Source: Iphione sp. A-MEVVRFRX5
Taxonomy: Eukaryota
Direction of reading: 5' to 3'
Length of the DNA stretch: 64,000 bases
Assembly: GCA_976226885.1 (NCBI GenBank)
Contig: OZ320320.1
Location: 75,392,001 to 75,456,000 of the forward strand
Below the pieces are notes generated by a model. That model searched no databases. It saw only the letters and a program-made list of their open reading frames with translations, and had not been told where the DNA came from. The position numbers and the translations under genes are program-made. Of the stretch, positions 1-13,059 are shown piece by piece; the stretch's first letter is position 1, and each line of letters opens with the position of its first letter.

Positions 1-2621
1 GGAATAATAGGATACGAGGCAATTGACTCTGGTTACCTCGACCTACCCGCACCCTAGCGGGTGCTCCGTGAACTGCTGGACGTGGACACTTTGGTGACGT
101 CATTGGTGACACACTCAAGGACACATCAGAGGACACACTCAAGGACACATCAGAGGACACCTCCACGCCTACCTTGACACCTTTAGACACTGCTACTGCT
201 GCCACCTGGGGACGGTGCCTGAGCAAGGGGTCATACCCAGGAACAGGTAACCCACTCAAGGGGATTATCACTACGTTGTTGTTACCATGACTATTGACAC
301 GTCACCGAAATATGTCAGCTGCCATGAGATATCTTAGGTTTGTTTATGGTAAGGTAAGGAAGGCCTCCGAGCACAGACATCATTTTTTTCTCTTGTTATT
401 CTAAAGGATTGTTGTCATGATAGTCTGTGGGTCCGACACCTATTTTATGTACAGACGTTTGTGAATACCACCTTCCGAACCTGGGGAGCTTTGTTGCTCT
501 CTGCGACCCCCCCGACCCTAACCCTGCCCCTACCCTCCACCACATATCCCCACCTTCCCCATAAGAAATAGGAAGCGACGTTGAAAAATAATAGTGTTAA
601 GTACAGAGATTGTCTGTAACGTCACCCATAGGCTACAACTATGATAACCATCACAGATACTACTACTACTGTACTACTATTACTACTACTACTACTATTA
701 CCAGTAATCCTCCCCCCCCCCTTGTACATAGTTTAAGGACAGTACGCCTTATCCCAGACTGGTGCCCTGACATTTATAGAGCGTTGTAAGCACCGTCCCC
801 CTGGTGATCAGGCGGTAAACTACTGTTCCTTCGGGATCCCCCCTTAAAAAAACAGAAACAAGTAAATAACCTTCTCATCACCATGACGAGAATAAGTACA
901 CTTTTTTTGTTGGCGTGTCTTTGATATGTCTGTGTGAGTTTTTTCTTCAATTTCTCTTTCTCAAGTGATTAATATTCCGACTTACGGGTGTAGGGGTTAG
1001 TTTTAACAAACACGTGTCAGGAGGGGAGTGAGATTAGGGAGCCTGTGGTCCACCAGGTGTGGCCCCGGGGACAGGAGTGGAAGGGGGGGTTTTACCATGG
1101 AGGGCCCCCCCCCCTCCTCCTGTAGGTCCCCAGTCCCCAGCCATCCGGGTAGCCTCTATCCAGCTGCTGCTGCTGCTGCTGCCCCCTGGCCAGCGTGTCG
1201 GAAGCAGGGCGACCCCGGGTCTCTCTCCCTTTCTTTCTGACTAAAGGGGATGCACTCGGGCGCCCTACGAGAGATTACCACTCCCTGTGCCTTCGTCAAA
1301 GCGGCCGACACGTTTGGCTGATTACCATACGGTTCTGATGGGGTGAACACCGCTTCAGTGGGCCACCCCCAAGCCTCCCTAACGCCCTACCTTCCCGGCA
1401 GCCGTGAGTACACTCACCACAGGCCTTAAAGCAAAAGAAACTCAGATCCTCCTCGTAGTAATCCCCCCCAATCAAATCAACACAAGTTGACTATAGATTT
1501 TTAAGCATATGGAATTATACACACACATATATATATTATATATTCTACTGTATAGTGTTGGTGTATGGCTATAGGTCCCCCCCGCAGCTCCCCCGCCTCG
1601 CCAAACCCCACCTCTACCCCCAGCCCACCCCCCCCCCCACAAAATGTAAGAGGTGTATTTTTTCGTAATTTTGAGGACGGCATGATGGCCGTCTATCCAC
1701 TCTCAGTTCCGTTTCTTTCCCGACTTTCAGCACAAAATCTGCTACCATAGCATGAATGGCGGGACTGGCTTCGTTTTAGGTTGAGGAAATGCAAGAGATT
1801 AGAATCATAGAAAAATAAAACATACTGAGAGAGGAAGACGAAGAATAAGAAGACAGTTGTAGTATTTTTTGTTACTTACTCACTAACAATATTTTATTTT
1901 ATGGCCATATTGTGAGTTCATCATGAGACATTAGTCTGTTATCGCAGCAAGGGACATAGGGGCGTCAGCGGTGGAGAAGAGGACTGGCGTACTTTCACGT
2001 TGGCTTTACCTTCAGCCAGATTTTTTGCTCAGTAGGTGTCGCTAACTATCGCCCCTTCAGTATCCCCTCCCCCCCTCCCCCTCCCCCCTCCCCCATACAG
2101 TCACAATTGTGAGGTAATAGTGAGGTTAGCTCAGGTGGACCTTTTTGAAAATATCAAATAGCATTAAGACAGCGAGTACCTTAACATACCTCCCAGCACC
2201 TTTGGGAAGAGACACTAGAACACGTCTTAACATGCATTAACATACCTCCCACTTACCTACTAGGTATACCCTAGCCTCCCTCCTCCCCAAACACCACCAA
2301 ATGTTCATTATTTTAGTGTAGCAGCCTTGGATGGACCTTTTATAAATATCAAACTGCATTAATAGAGCCAGCATCTTAACATACCCGCCACCCCCCCTCC
2401 CCCGTCGCCAACTAGGTATACCCTAGCCTCCACCTCCCTGCAGCTGGTGATGTTGCTAACCACAACATCGAAAATTCACCAAACCACCACCATCTACCAG
2501 CCTGTTGCTACCCAACTTTTTACAATCTGCAAGCATCTACAAACCTCCACCTTCCTTCCATCCTCAAGGTACCAAACCAAATATTGCATCTCACGGTCTG
2601 CACATACGTAAACACCACCAA

Positions 2622-2790
2622 CCTACACACTTACAAAACAGCATAATACCAAACTTCCTACCAAACAGAGCAGAGTGCAACAAACTTAACCAAACATACA
2701 CTCAAAAAACAACAACCAGCCTACACACTTACAAACCAACATAATACCAAACTTCCTACCAAACAGAGCACAGTGCAACAAACTTAACCA
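2622..2790. repeat. 98-bp tandem repeat (about 1.7 units)
   Basis: cctacacacttacaaa...taataccaaacttcctaccaaacagagca at 2622 and 2720. Confidence 0.85.
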
Positions 2791-5700
2791 AAGCTAAAGC
2801 CTAACTGCCCAACTCCACACCCACCAAAAGGAGCGATGCTTCACCAGCCGCCCTGGTTGAAGCCTGGAATCTCCACCAATCTAGAACATCACCTTAACCA
2901 TACCAACCCCAGATAAAAGTCAGGGAATGTTCCCCTTAACGTATTCAAACAGGTGCGTGTCATCATTTCAGACAAGTGATCAGCACCAGGACTGTATTTT
3001 GGGGAGTTCAGGGTTTCCCAGGTGATTATTCGTACAACGAAACTGTCAAGGATAGCTGTCCAACGATACCACACAGATCAGTGGAAAAATTACCTTAATG
3101 ACAACTGAATAGTTGCTAATTAAACATACACTAAACTGTTCGCCACACTGTACACCACTACTGTCATAAACTTCCAGCTCTACTGAACTATAACTTCTTA
3201 GCCTCAAAACCCCCAATATGAGCACACACCCTCAAACAACAAACTTCTCACACATTCTAAGGCATAATTTCCATGTCCGTGCGTTTTCATGGCTGTGTCA
3301 CCATGTTTTCACTGTGGTTTACGTGTGACTATTCATAACAACTGGAGTGTTTCCATGTACCCGTGGATCTGCGCTCATTCCTATTACCATGTTTTCACAT
3401 ATGGAATTGTCCGAAATTCCAAAGCTGGGTGTGACCGTGTTGTTACCATGATTTTTGGTGATTGTGGTATCTGCTGGATACATACAAGAAAAACACAGTC
3501 ACAACACAGTGACAGAGTACCACCACAATGACATGCTCCATGGTACTTCATGGTGCCCAACCACAGCCACGGGGACATACATACATGGCTATTAGGCCTT
3601 ACTACCAGTACTTATTAACTGTACTTACTACACTGCATATTAAACTGACTTGCCCAAATATACACTAATTTCCCCCTAACCAGTATTCTATTCACTCAAC
3701 AAGCACCATTGCAAGAAATTGATCCCCAATCCACCCTTGACAACTACTTACTCATTCATCTACTGAACACTCTGATCCAAAAATTTGCGGATTAAACAGG
3801 TTACAACCAGACGAAATGGCAGGTGTTACAAAGCTGGATAACCTACCAATCAACCCATCCAACAGCACACCACCTACAAAAACAGACTCATGATCTGCCT
3901 GATGATCAAACTACACCACCAACAACATACATGACATATCAATGCACTCACCCAACTATATTACACCTACCTAAAATATAACCTGAGTATACCCTTTCAG
4001 CTATGCAGCACCTCTCTCTCACTAGCCTGCTAATCTGTCTCTCTCCCCATTACCTCCAACCCCTTCTGTATATCACCTGCTAAAACAGCCTTCCAATCTA
4101 CCCGTCTCACTAGGCACATCCTCACCAGACAACACCATACCAGCCTAATTATTCATCCATATAACACTAAGCTAAGACAACCTACCATCCCCCCCCCTTC
4201 TTCAGGTAGGCAGCACCCACATACCTAAACAACCTACCAATCTACCCAGCCAACAAAGCAAACCGTAAACGCATCTCTACCTCTACCTCTAACCCCCCCC
4301 CCCCCACTCGCTGCCGCCTCAAGCCTGCAGGGGTTGACGAGAAATAAGGGTGGTAGAGTGAGTATTGATTTCCCCTATCCCAACGTACCAGACACTACAC
4401 AGCACTAGTCTCCAGCCAGCCTGGCGCCAGTTGTATACATCGTTAACCCCTCTGCGCCACCTCCCCACCTAACCATCCACCCACCCACCCACCACCTCCA
4501 CAACACCCATCCCAATCCCTCCTTACCTCCAGCTCCACCACGAAACATGCAGTTATGTCTCTGGTATCATTGTTATCCCCCCCACACACACACCAAAACA
4601 AGGTTTATTGGTTATTCTTTCAATCAAATTTCGGAAACATTGTGGCTGCTATCTCATGTTGATGACAGCGACCACTAGGAGGCGTTGCCGGCGTCGCTCG
4701 CTTCCCCTTATCCGGATGTCGTATCTGGACACGCGCTGTTTGTGCCTGTGTTCTCCCTTAGTGTTTGTTTCCCTGGCACCTGTATGCATAGCATGCCTAG
4801 TTAGAATTCCAAACGAGGATGGCGCCACCTGTGACAAAGTATCTGATGCTTTTGTGTGTGTGTGTGTCCGTGTGCGTTTGTTTTATTTTTTTCTGTTCAA
4901 GTAACCATATATGGTTGTAAAATAATTATTGGGTTTTCCACAGTTTTAGGGACATATAAGCAGAAAAAGACGTATATATGATACATAGATATATACACCG
5001 ACGTTACAGACCCAATTGGAACAAGTAACAAAGTTACGAATTGATTTGGAAGCGTCACTGCAGTCTACCTACCCATTTACGCTCTGATCCGCTGTGTTGG
5101 TTAAAGCAAGGCAGTGGATGCACCGGCGGTATATTTTTACTTTTTTTTCTAACACGTAAGCCTCCCTCCCGCCCCTCGAGCCCCCCTCCCCCCATCCCCC
5201 ATCCCCCCACCATCGCGTACATTACAAGGCGTGCCCCAGCGGTCGACCTTAACTAGGCCTCATAGCTGAGATCGATCAGTAGCCCGCCTGGATAGGGTCA
5301 TCAAGCATGGGCCGAGCAGAGGTTCTACCATTGACCACAGCAAGCAGATGGCCTTCTGCTGCTACTGCCGCCGCCGCCGCTGCTGTTCCATCTGCTGCTT
5401 CGGCTGCCGCTGCCGCTGCTGCTTCACAAGATGACCCCCCCCCCCAAACCTCACCATGCCCCGATCAGTAGACTACAGTTCAATGGCGGTGATCACGTGA
5501 CTCAGGTTTAAGATGCACCCATGAGACGAGAGCCCTCTACCTCCAGGTACATAAAACAGACCACGCTATCCTCGCCGGGGTCTTCCTTGCCCCGCTCAGG
5601 CCACCGCCGCCGTCTCCTCCTCCTCCTCCTCCGCCACCAACCAACCAACCAACCAACCACCAAGGCCACTAACAAATATTGCTGAGCCTTTGACGCATCA

Positions 5701-6232
5701 GCGGCTGTGTCAGTGAAAGAGGGTTTTTTGTCTGTATTCTCTTCGGTCACACCGTCCCATATTGAAAACGAAATACATATGTTTGAACAGGTCTCCTCCC
5801 TCTGTCTGCCTACCTCACAGTCTGTCCTTCATTCGTCTGTCTGTCTGACTGTCTGTCTCACTATCTTTCATCTCGCCTTAGCGCTTGTCTCTTTTTCTTT
5901 TTTCCCATCTTCTGACTCCTCCTCTACCTATCCCACGTATTCTGTCTGAAAGGAGTTCTCTTTCTCACAGATGGACAGAGACTGTCCCTTTAATGTCACG
6001 TTTGTCTTTCTTTTTTTAAAGGGACTTTCCCTTTTTTTTCACGAGTCTGTCCCTTTTTTTTCACCAGACTCGGCAGGCCCCAGCCTGCCTGGCTGGCGTA
6101 TCGAGTGAAAGGTGACCTTTCTTATTAACGGGCGCCATTGTACGTAGTTTAGCTGGTTATGCAGCAGGAATTCGCTACTCCATGAGGGTTCGATGTGCCG
6201 GTTGAAAGTAGCACAGGCCGATATAGACTGCT

Positions 6233-6270
<38 letters not shown>

Positions 6271-7368
6271 AGTCCTTGGACTGCACAGTGTATGTCAGAA
6301 GAATCCAGGTCGCTAGCCAAACCAAATGGGTGTTGGTACGTAGCCCCAAAAAATGCCAGCAGGCAGCTCTGCAGATGGACCAGAAATCCTTGTGGGTTTT
6401 TTTTGCCCCTATCTTATGCCATTCTCTTCGCGAACCCATCCCTAGCTCGGTACCAGTACACTGCCATGACCTCACGGCCAGGGTGATGTCAGAGGTCAGA
6501 CGGACCACTTAGTGCACTACCCCCCCCCCCCAATCATTATCTCTTGTCCTGCTCTCAACCCCCTCCTCCTTCCCCCAGGTACAGGGGTGAGTGAAGGCAG
6601 GGCTGATCCTACCTGTCATCCCAACCCAGACAGACCCCCACCCACCCACCCATCCACCCGTCAGCCCCGCCCTGTGGTTTGGTGAGCCTCAAGCAGGGGG
6701 CAGTGCAGAGCAGGGAGGGAGGGCGGTAGTCACCAAGGCTGCACGGTAGCCCATAAAGCGACCTAAGTGGCGAGAAAGACGAGAGCTCTCGCCGGGCTGA
6801 GGAGCGAGACGCGCGGAGGGGAGAGAGAGAGAGAGAGAGAGGGAGAGAGAGCGAAAAAAAAATCACCAAGACTGAATGCAGGTTGTCGGCTGAGGTTGGC
6901 GTAAAAAAGCCCGTCTGACCTACATGGGGCCACCACCACCACCAACAGCACTAGCGCGCCGCTGGGCTCTAGCAAACCATAAAACCTCGTCTATTTACCA
7001 TGTTAACCCATGCCGGCCCAAAGCCCGCGGCTCTCTCTCTCTCTCTCCTCGTCTCTCTACGGCGAGCTGCCCACCCTTCTCCGGCGGTGGAGCGGAGCCA
7101 GCCAAGCAGGCAGACAGACAGGCAGCCTCGTGCTCTCTCCACAATATCGACCCAACTCCCCCACCCTCCCTCCCTCCCTCCCACCCAACCCAACCTCCCT
7201 CCCTCCCCTCATCCTCAGCCAAGTTGCCACGTGCAAGCTTCATGGTAGTTTCCATATTGCCATGGATAGACCAGGAGTAGATCCCTTTTAAAGTACAATG
7301 TATGGCACCCACGTCTACTCCTATGGGCGTACATCTCTGGCATACATCTGTTATCTCGGCATGTTTGT

Positions 7369-7567
7369 NNNNNNNNNNNNNNNNNNNNNNNNNNNNNNNN
7401 NNNNNNNNNNNNNNNNNNNNNNNNNNNNNNNNNNNNNNNNNNNNNNNNNNNNNNNNNNNNNNNNNNNNNNNNNNNNNNNNNNNNNNNNNNNNNNNNNNNN
7501 NNNNNNNNNNNNNNNNNNNNNNNNNNNNNNNNNNNNNNNNNNNNNNNNNNNNNNNNNNNNNNNNNNN
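7369..7567. other. Assembly gap
   Basis: Run of N. Confidence 1.
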
Positions 7568-10500
7568 ACTGTAAGCTTTAAATATTGCCGTACACAAAAC
7601 CATACCTGGTGATGTACACTTATTCAACATGCTTATCATAGAAATAACGCGAGTGGAGCTATATCGGACGTACAGGGGAAACAACGACCCGCTGAGGCAT
7701 ATATTTTATATCCACGTGCGTTATATTGTCTTGCAGGGTGATAGGGAAACAGATCCACGAAATACACTCCTAGAAAGGCCTTGCCAGCCATGAACTTCTG
7801 CCTACAACAACACTTCATCATCCCCCCAGTCACCAAAAAAAAGTTGAAAATGTTATATTGAGGCCCCCAGAACGATGTTATTTGTTCGCTTTGGAGATAA
7901 ACATTTTCTATTTTGCTTCTTATCTGCGTGAACGAGCACTGGTGCACCAATACGTCTCCCAGATAAGGAAAGCATAAGGTCATAATACAATCGGAGCCGA
8001 GCCAGCCATCGACGGGCCGACCACCTCGTAATTAGCGTGCGCCAGATGACAGACATAGACGGTTGTCATGGTGACGTGGTGCCAGACAACTGACAGTCAA
8101 GGCATGTCAGTGTGTGTTTGTCTGTGTGTGTGGTTTTTTTTTATGTAGGACTGCATACCAGATGACTGATGGACAGACCATATTGGGGGCAGTCATAATC
8201 GCACATCAATGGCTAGACACACACACAGTGCGCTGATGCCGGTATCCGTGACCCTCAGCCATAATATATGACTGAGGTGGGGGTGCTTGGATGAGGTAGG
8301 GGGACTCTAGGCGCCAGGGAAAGGTGAGGGGATCCGGTAGTCAGGGCTGGTAGGTATGGTAAGGCGAGGGGGACGTTCAGGTTAGGGGATTGGTAGTCAT
8401 CATAAGACAACACTATGGTCGGACCATGTAGTTATGGTAGTCTGGAGGACCAGTAGTCATGGTGATTTCCACATGAGAGACTGACGGGAGGAATCTACGG
8501 CATTTGCCATCAGATACCTCATGACTTAGAGCAAAACTTCATCCGTTGACAGTCCTTCTGGTTTTTTTTTTAATCTGGCCACCGGTAAAATCATAGAAAT
8601 AAATGGAGGAAAAACAATCTCTGGCCAGAAGATAATAGTAGCATACAGTACTTGTAGTCAACCTTGCTGAACACGATTACAAGTTCAAAAAATAGGCTTC
8701 GGTGCAGACCTTCTTGTGCACCAAGAAACTGCAGGACGCTGTCGAAGGACCTCTTGGTGGTTGGGATGGGGTGGAGGGAGGTTTGGAATCTGGTTTTCCT
8801 GGTTCCCAGGTGCACTGATGACATCTAAGCAACCGGCAATTTCCGCTGGATACCTGAAATCACGTGATCAAATAGCTGTTTTCTGGCTTCGATACTTGCC
8901 GTCTTGGGGTTCGGGGAGGGGGGAGGCTTAAAGTTGCCAAATATCACGAGTGGATGCCGCAAATTGATTTCTAAAGCCACTAGGTGGAGCCACGCGTTAT
9001 TCACCCATAATGCACTGCTAGTAGACGCTATCCAAGATGGCCTTTGTAAAACGGTGGTGGTGATGTTGTTGCTTTACAATATAATTTATGGTCGATCGTT
9101 ATGTTCGGCTTTTGTCTGTACAGAGAAAGAAATTGTAAGAAACCCATTGAAATTACTTGCTGTACTTATTCATTTTTTTGGAGTATTACGCAAACCCTAA
9201 ACAAAAATGGGCTACTTATCAAAGCATTTATCTTTATCGACTTGTTTAGAAACATGTTCAACATGTTGCTCTTTTCACATATACTTATATCTATATATAC
9301 ATATTACATATTCGCACTCGGCCAAGCCGACCCTTTCTCCTCTCTCTGTTTGAATTGATTGTGTGTCGTTGAGAATGCGTCCACACACTGTAAAAAGGTG
9401 GGATAGGCGCACCCCCTCCTCCTCCTACTCCTCCTCCTCCTCCTAAACCCCCCCCCCCCCCCAACTAGCTGCCTTGGGTTTTCTTTTCCACTCCCTCCCC
9501 CGAGTCCACTGTCTACCCCAATTTTCCCCCACTCCTAGAGTTTTTTTTCTCATTCTACTTCATTTGCCAGTAGACGTTTCATGAGGTTCATAAACCACGG
9601 CAAGGCGCGGTTACCTGTTGTATTTTTTTTGTTCTTTTTAGTGATCTTTAAGCCGCGATACGCGTGAACCTGAAGCAGGGCGTTGAGTAATTCAGTTCGT
9701 CCTTCTGTACAATGATTTGCTGCCCAAGAGAAAGTCGCTTGATGAACAATACTGATGTAACTTTATTCGTTGTAGTTGCTTGCCGCACTTGAATGAGGCT
9801 GAGACAGCGAAAACGAGCTAGGCAAAACATGGCGTTTTCACCCCCTTGTTAATGGTGTCCCCCAACAGAGTTATTACACCCACGGTATTCCCGACTTCGT
9901 TGATAATGTTTATTGTACAAGAAAGACAGAATGCAGCTGACTCTAAAGGGCATTTTCACGATAAACGTGACAATTTTAATCATCATTATGACATTTCCTC
10001 CATTATGTAGTAATCTTTCTGTTGGTAACCTTTGGATGACATAGAATGTTTCAAATTAGGTTCCTTCCGCGGTGGTTTCAATGGGCGCGCATGCGTATTT
10101 GTACGGTTGTGTGTGTATGTGTGTGTGTGTGGATGTGTGTGAGCGTCCCCGCCAAGAGCTGCCTTCTCTGACATCGCTAGGGGGCCATGTTCTTCTCACT
10201 GTGTGGTCCACCCGACCATCTGTCTCAGCCCGCATGAAGAATCTACCGAATGTGAAGGTGTAGTGGTGATTCAATCCTCTCCACCCAGTAGAGGTTTAAT
10301 ATCCATGCATGCGTGTAGCGCGTTTCATGGCTGTACATAAGGCTGGGTTTCCATGTATGCATGTCACCATGAGGCATGTAAGCGTATTTGAAGCATGTTT
10401 TTTTCTTGGGGGGGGGGGGGTACATGAATATACACACATGTTTCAATGTATGTGTGGGCTGTGACATGTGTAACGTGTCTGCATGTTCTGTGTTATCGGA

Positions 10501-11938
10501 AGGAGACCTTCCCTTTCCACCATGAAAGTGACGTGTGTTTTCGGTGAGGTTTTTGGAGACCATCATTATGACTAGATGTGTTAAAGAAATACATGGTGAA
10601 AACACACTTCACAGCCTGTACGGAGCAGTAATTTGATTAACAAAGGATTAAGAGAAACATGCTGACAAACATGCCTACATACACACATGGAAACCCAGCC
10701 TAATGGAGTAAAAAGGTTGACACCGTGTTCTCTGTATATTGAGAAACAGAACCAGCATGGAGCCTAGTATTACCCCAGTAAATGACTATAGTTGCTGCTA
10801 AAAAAGCACACCTGAGCAGGTGTACACCGCCATGAAAATTGAGAACTTTTCGAATCAAGAACACTACATACAATACATGTTACAAAGTATCCATGTTTAC
10901 ATTGAAGCAGTCCTGCTATTACTGTATGTAAACCCCGCCCCCCCCCCCCAAAAAAAAAAAAGCCATTCTGAAACCATGCTGCCACACCCCCTGAAAACAC
11001 GCATGGAAGGATATCAAGCCTAGACATCCCGGTGACTAAACATACGCACACACAGACGGCCGGACATCCGTTTCCAGGGAGGGAAAGAGACCACAACCCA
11101 CTCTGAAAACGACCTGACCTCAGATGGTTGTTTGTTGTTGTTTTTTTTCATCTGACAACGAGATTTCTTCCATATATATTTCTAATTATATTCCACCCTC
11201 TCCCCTCGTCGTCCATTACAGTCGTTTGTGACTTTGATGGTGAGAGAAAAAAATTATTGAAGAGAGGCAGGGCTGTTGTCAGTGATGTTGAATCGTCTGT
11301 GTGTGGGTGGGTGAGTGGGTAGGAACAGCTACAGTCAGTCTTGTCCTTGTACACCAGGTGTCGCATACCCTAACTGCCATTTACTGGACACTCGTTATCG
11401 GCCTTGTTAATTATGTCCGATAAAAAAAACAGAACAGAAACTATTCACCAAGGTGTCGATTTTCTAAAAATCGTTTTCACGATTTTTTTAAGAGAGATTT
11501 TTTTTTCTCTTCATTCCGAATCGTTGTTTCTTCATTGTTGTCAGTTTACGAAGTAGACGTACGAGCGACACTTTTACATACAGTCATCCCGGTGGTGTCT
11601 TGAAGAATTCTATCCCTTCAGATGGATTGAACGGTAAGAAAAGAATATATGTGCCACGTGCCAACTCTGCAGTGTGAGAATAAAACCGCCTACAAAAAAG
11701 CGACATTTAGTACATCTCTGTAAGCTGTTCTTCATGTTTCTAACAGTGAATTCTCCGCTGATTGAGCCCCAAATGGCAGTCGAATGAGTCCACAATTATT
11801 TCAGAAAGTGACTTTTTCCCACGGATAAGCAAAGCTGATGTTGTCAATATGCGCTGTATACTGTTCAAGTATTGTGTAGTATACTTCACACCTGGGTTCT
11901 ACCTCTAGCTCATGGCTCAAGGAGTGGAGAGTCCACTG

Positions 11939-11976
<38 letters not shown>

Positions 11977-12773
11977 GTGCTGTCTCCTGTTCTACGCATG
12001 CCGATGATTTGAGAAAGTGGTATTAAATACAAATGGACGAACAGCTTGTTACTTCATACACAACAGGGAAAGCTTCCATGCCACAATGTAACGAGGCAAG
12101 CTTAGCGCTACGTACACGACGAGAAGAGCATAGATGTACCATGCTTGTCCCCCTGCCATGGAATCATGGGGGAGTCCTTGACGGAAACGAACGTCCAGGC
12201 GCCCCCTCCCCCGCCCGTTGCCGCCCGAACTCCCGACATCTGGCGGCTAATTCTGCTCCCATAGGTAGCGGGAAGTTGCTTTGAAGAAGGATTTGATAAT
12301 CAAATGGTAATTATGTTCCCTAAAGCCCCCCCCCCCCTCTCCTCCCCCTCTTCCTCCTCTCCCCGCGCCCTCCTTACAGTTAAAATAAGGTTAGTACCAT
12401 GTGATTACCTTTGACTACATTGAAGCCTGACTGTGATAACAAAAACAAAGTTGGATAGCAACAAAAAGTAGCATTCTTGTAGCGTTCATAGTAGCGGTCG
12501 CCGATGAGGGGGGGCCTTCTTAGGTCCCCCCCTTTGTTTGGGTCGAAACCACGTCGGGGGTCTCGGAAGGTCAGCAGGTCGCGAGACCTGAGTTGTTTCT
12601 ACAGCGGCCGTTAGGGGGCGACCGCAGCCGACCTGTTAAGTAGGAAGTAGAGAGGGGTGGACGAACCATGCGAGCTTTAACTGTTTTAACCCGGCGACTT
12701 GGTCTCACACACACACACATACCGAACAGGGAATGCTGGGACATGGGGGCCCAACAGCGCAGCTCCTCCTGGC

Positions 12774-12810
12774 GGCCACCAGGTGGCGCAGTAGGCGGTT
12801 TAACTTCCGG
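12774..12810 (+). promoter_or_regulatory. CTCF-like motif next to an ETS motif in a CpG-rich patch
   Basis: ggccaccaggtggcgca (12774-12790) matches the CTCF consensus. acttccgg lies at 12803-12810. Motif match only. Confidence 0.4.
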
Positions 12811-13016
12811 TCGGTTCTTGGAGCTACGTCCATAGCGTTTTTTTCATGAAATCAGTTGTCAAGGGCCATCTCTCTGTGGTTTGGCAGTGGTTCATAATGG
12901 AATTAAAAGCCAAGCTCTTGAGGAGAACGAGCCTTGTAGACTCGAGGACGGGTCCTCTTTATGGTGATATATATATATATATATAATATATAGCCATCCG
13001 CTTCGTCTGCACCTGA

Positions 13017-13059
<43 letters not shown>

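Noticed and set aside
5508-7291. Many overlapping ORFs with HTHT, SLSL, poly-R or poly-P runs
   Set aside because: They are generated by microsatellites and poly-C tracts, with no recognisable domain.
6995-7684. Long ORFs spanning N runs (also 46988-47414)
   Set aside because: Artefacts of translating through assembly gaps.
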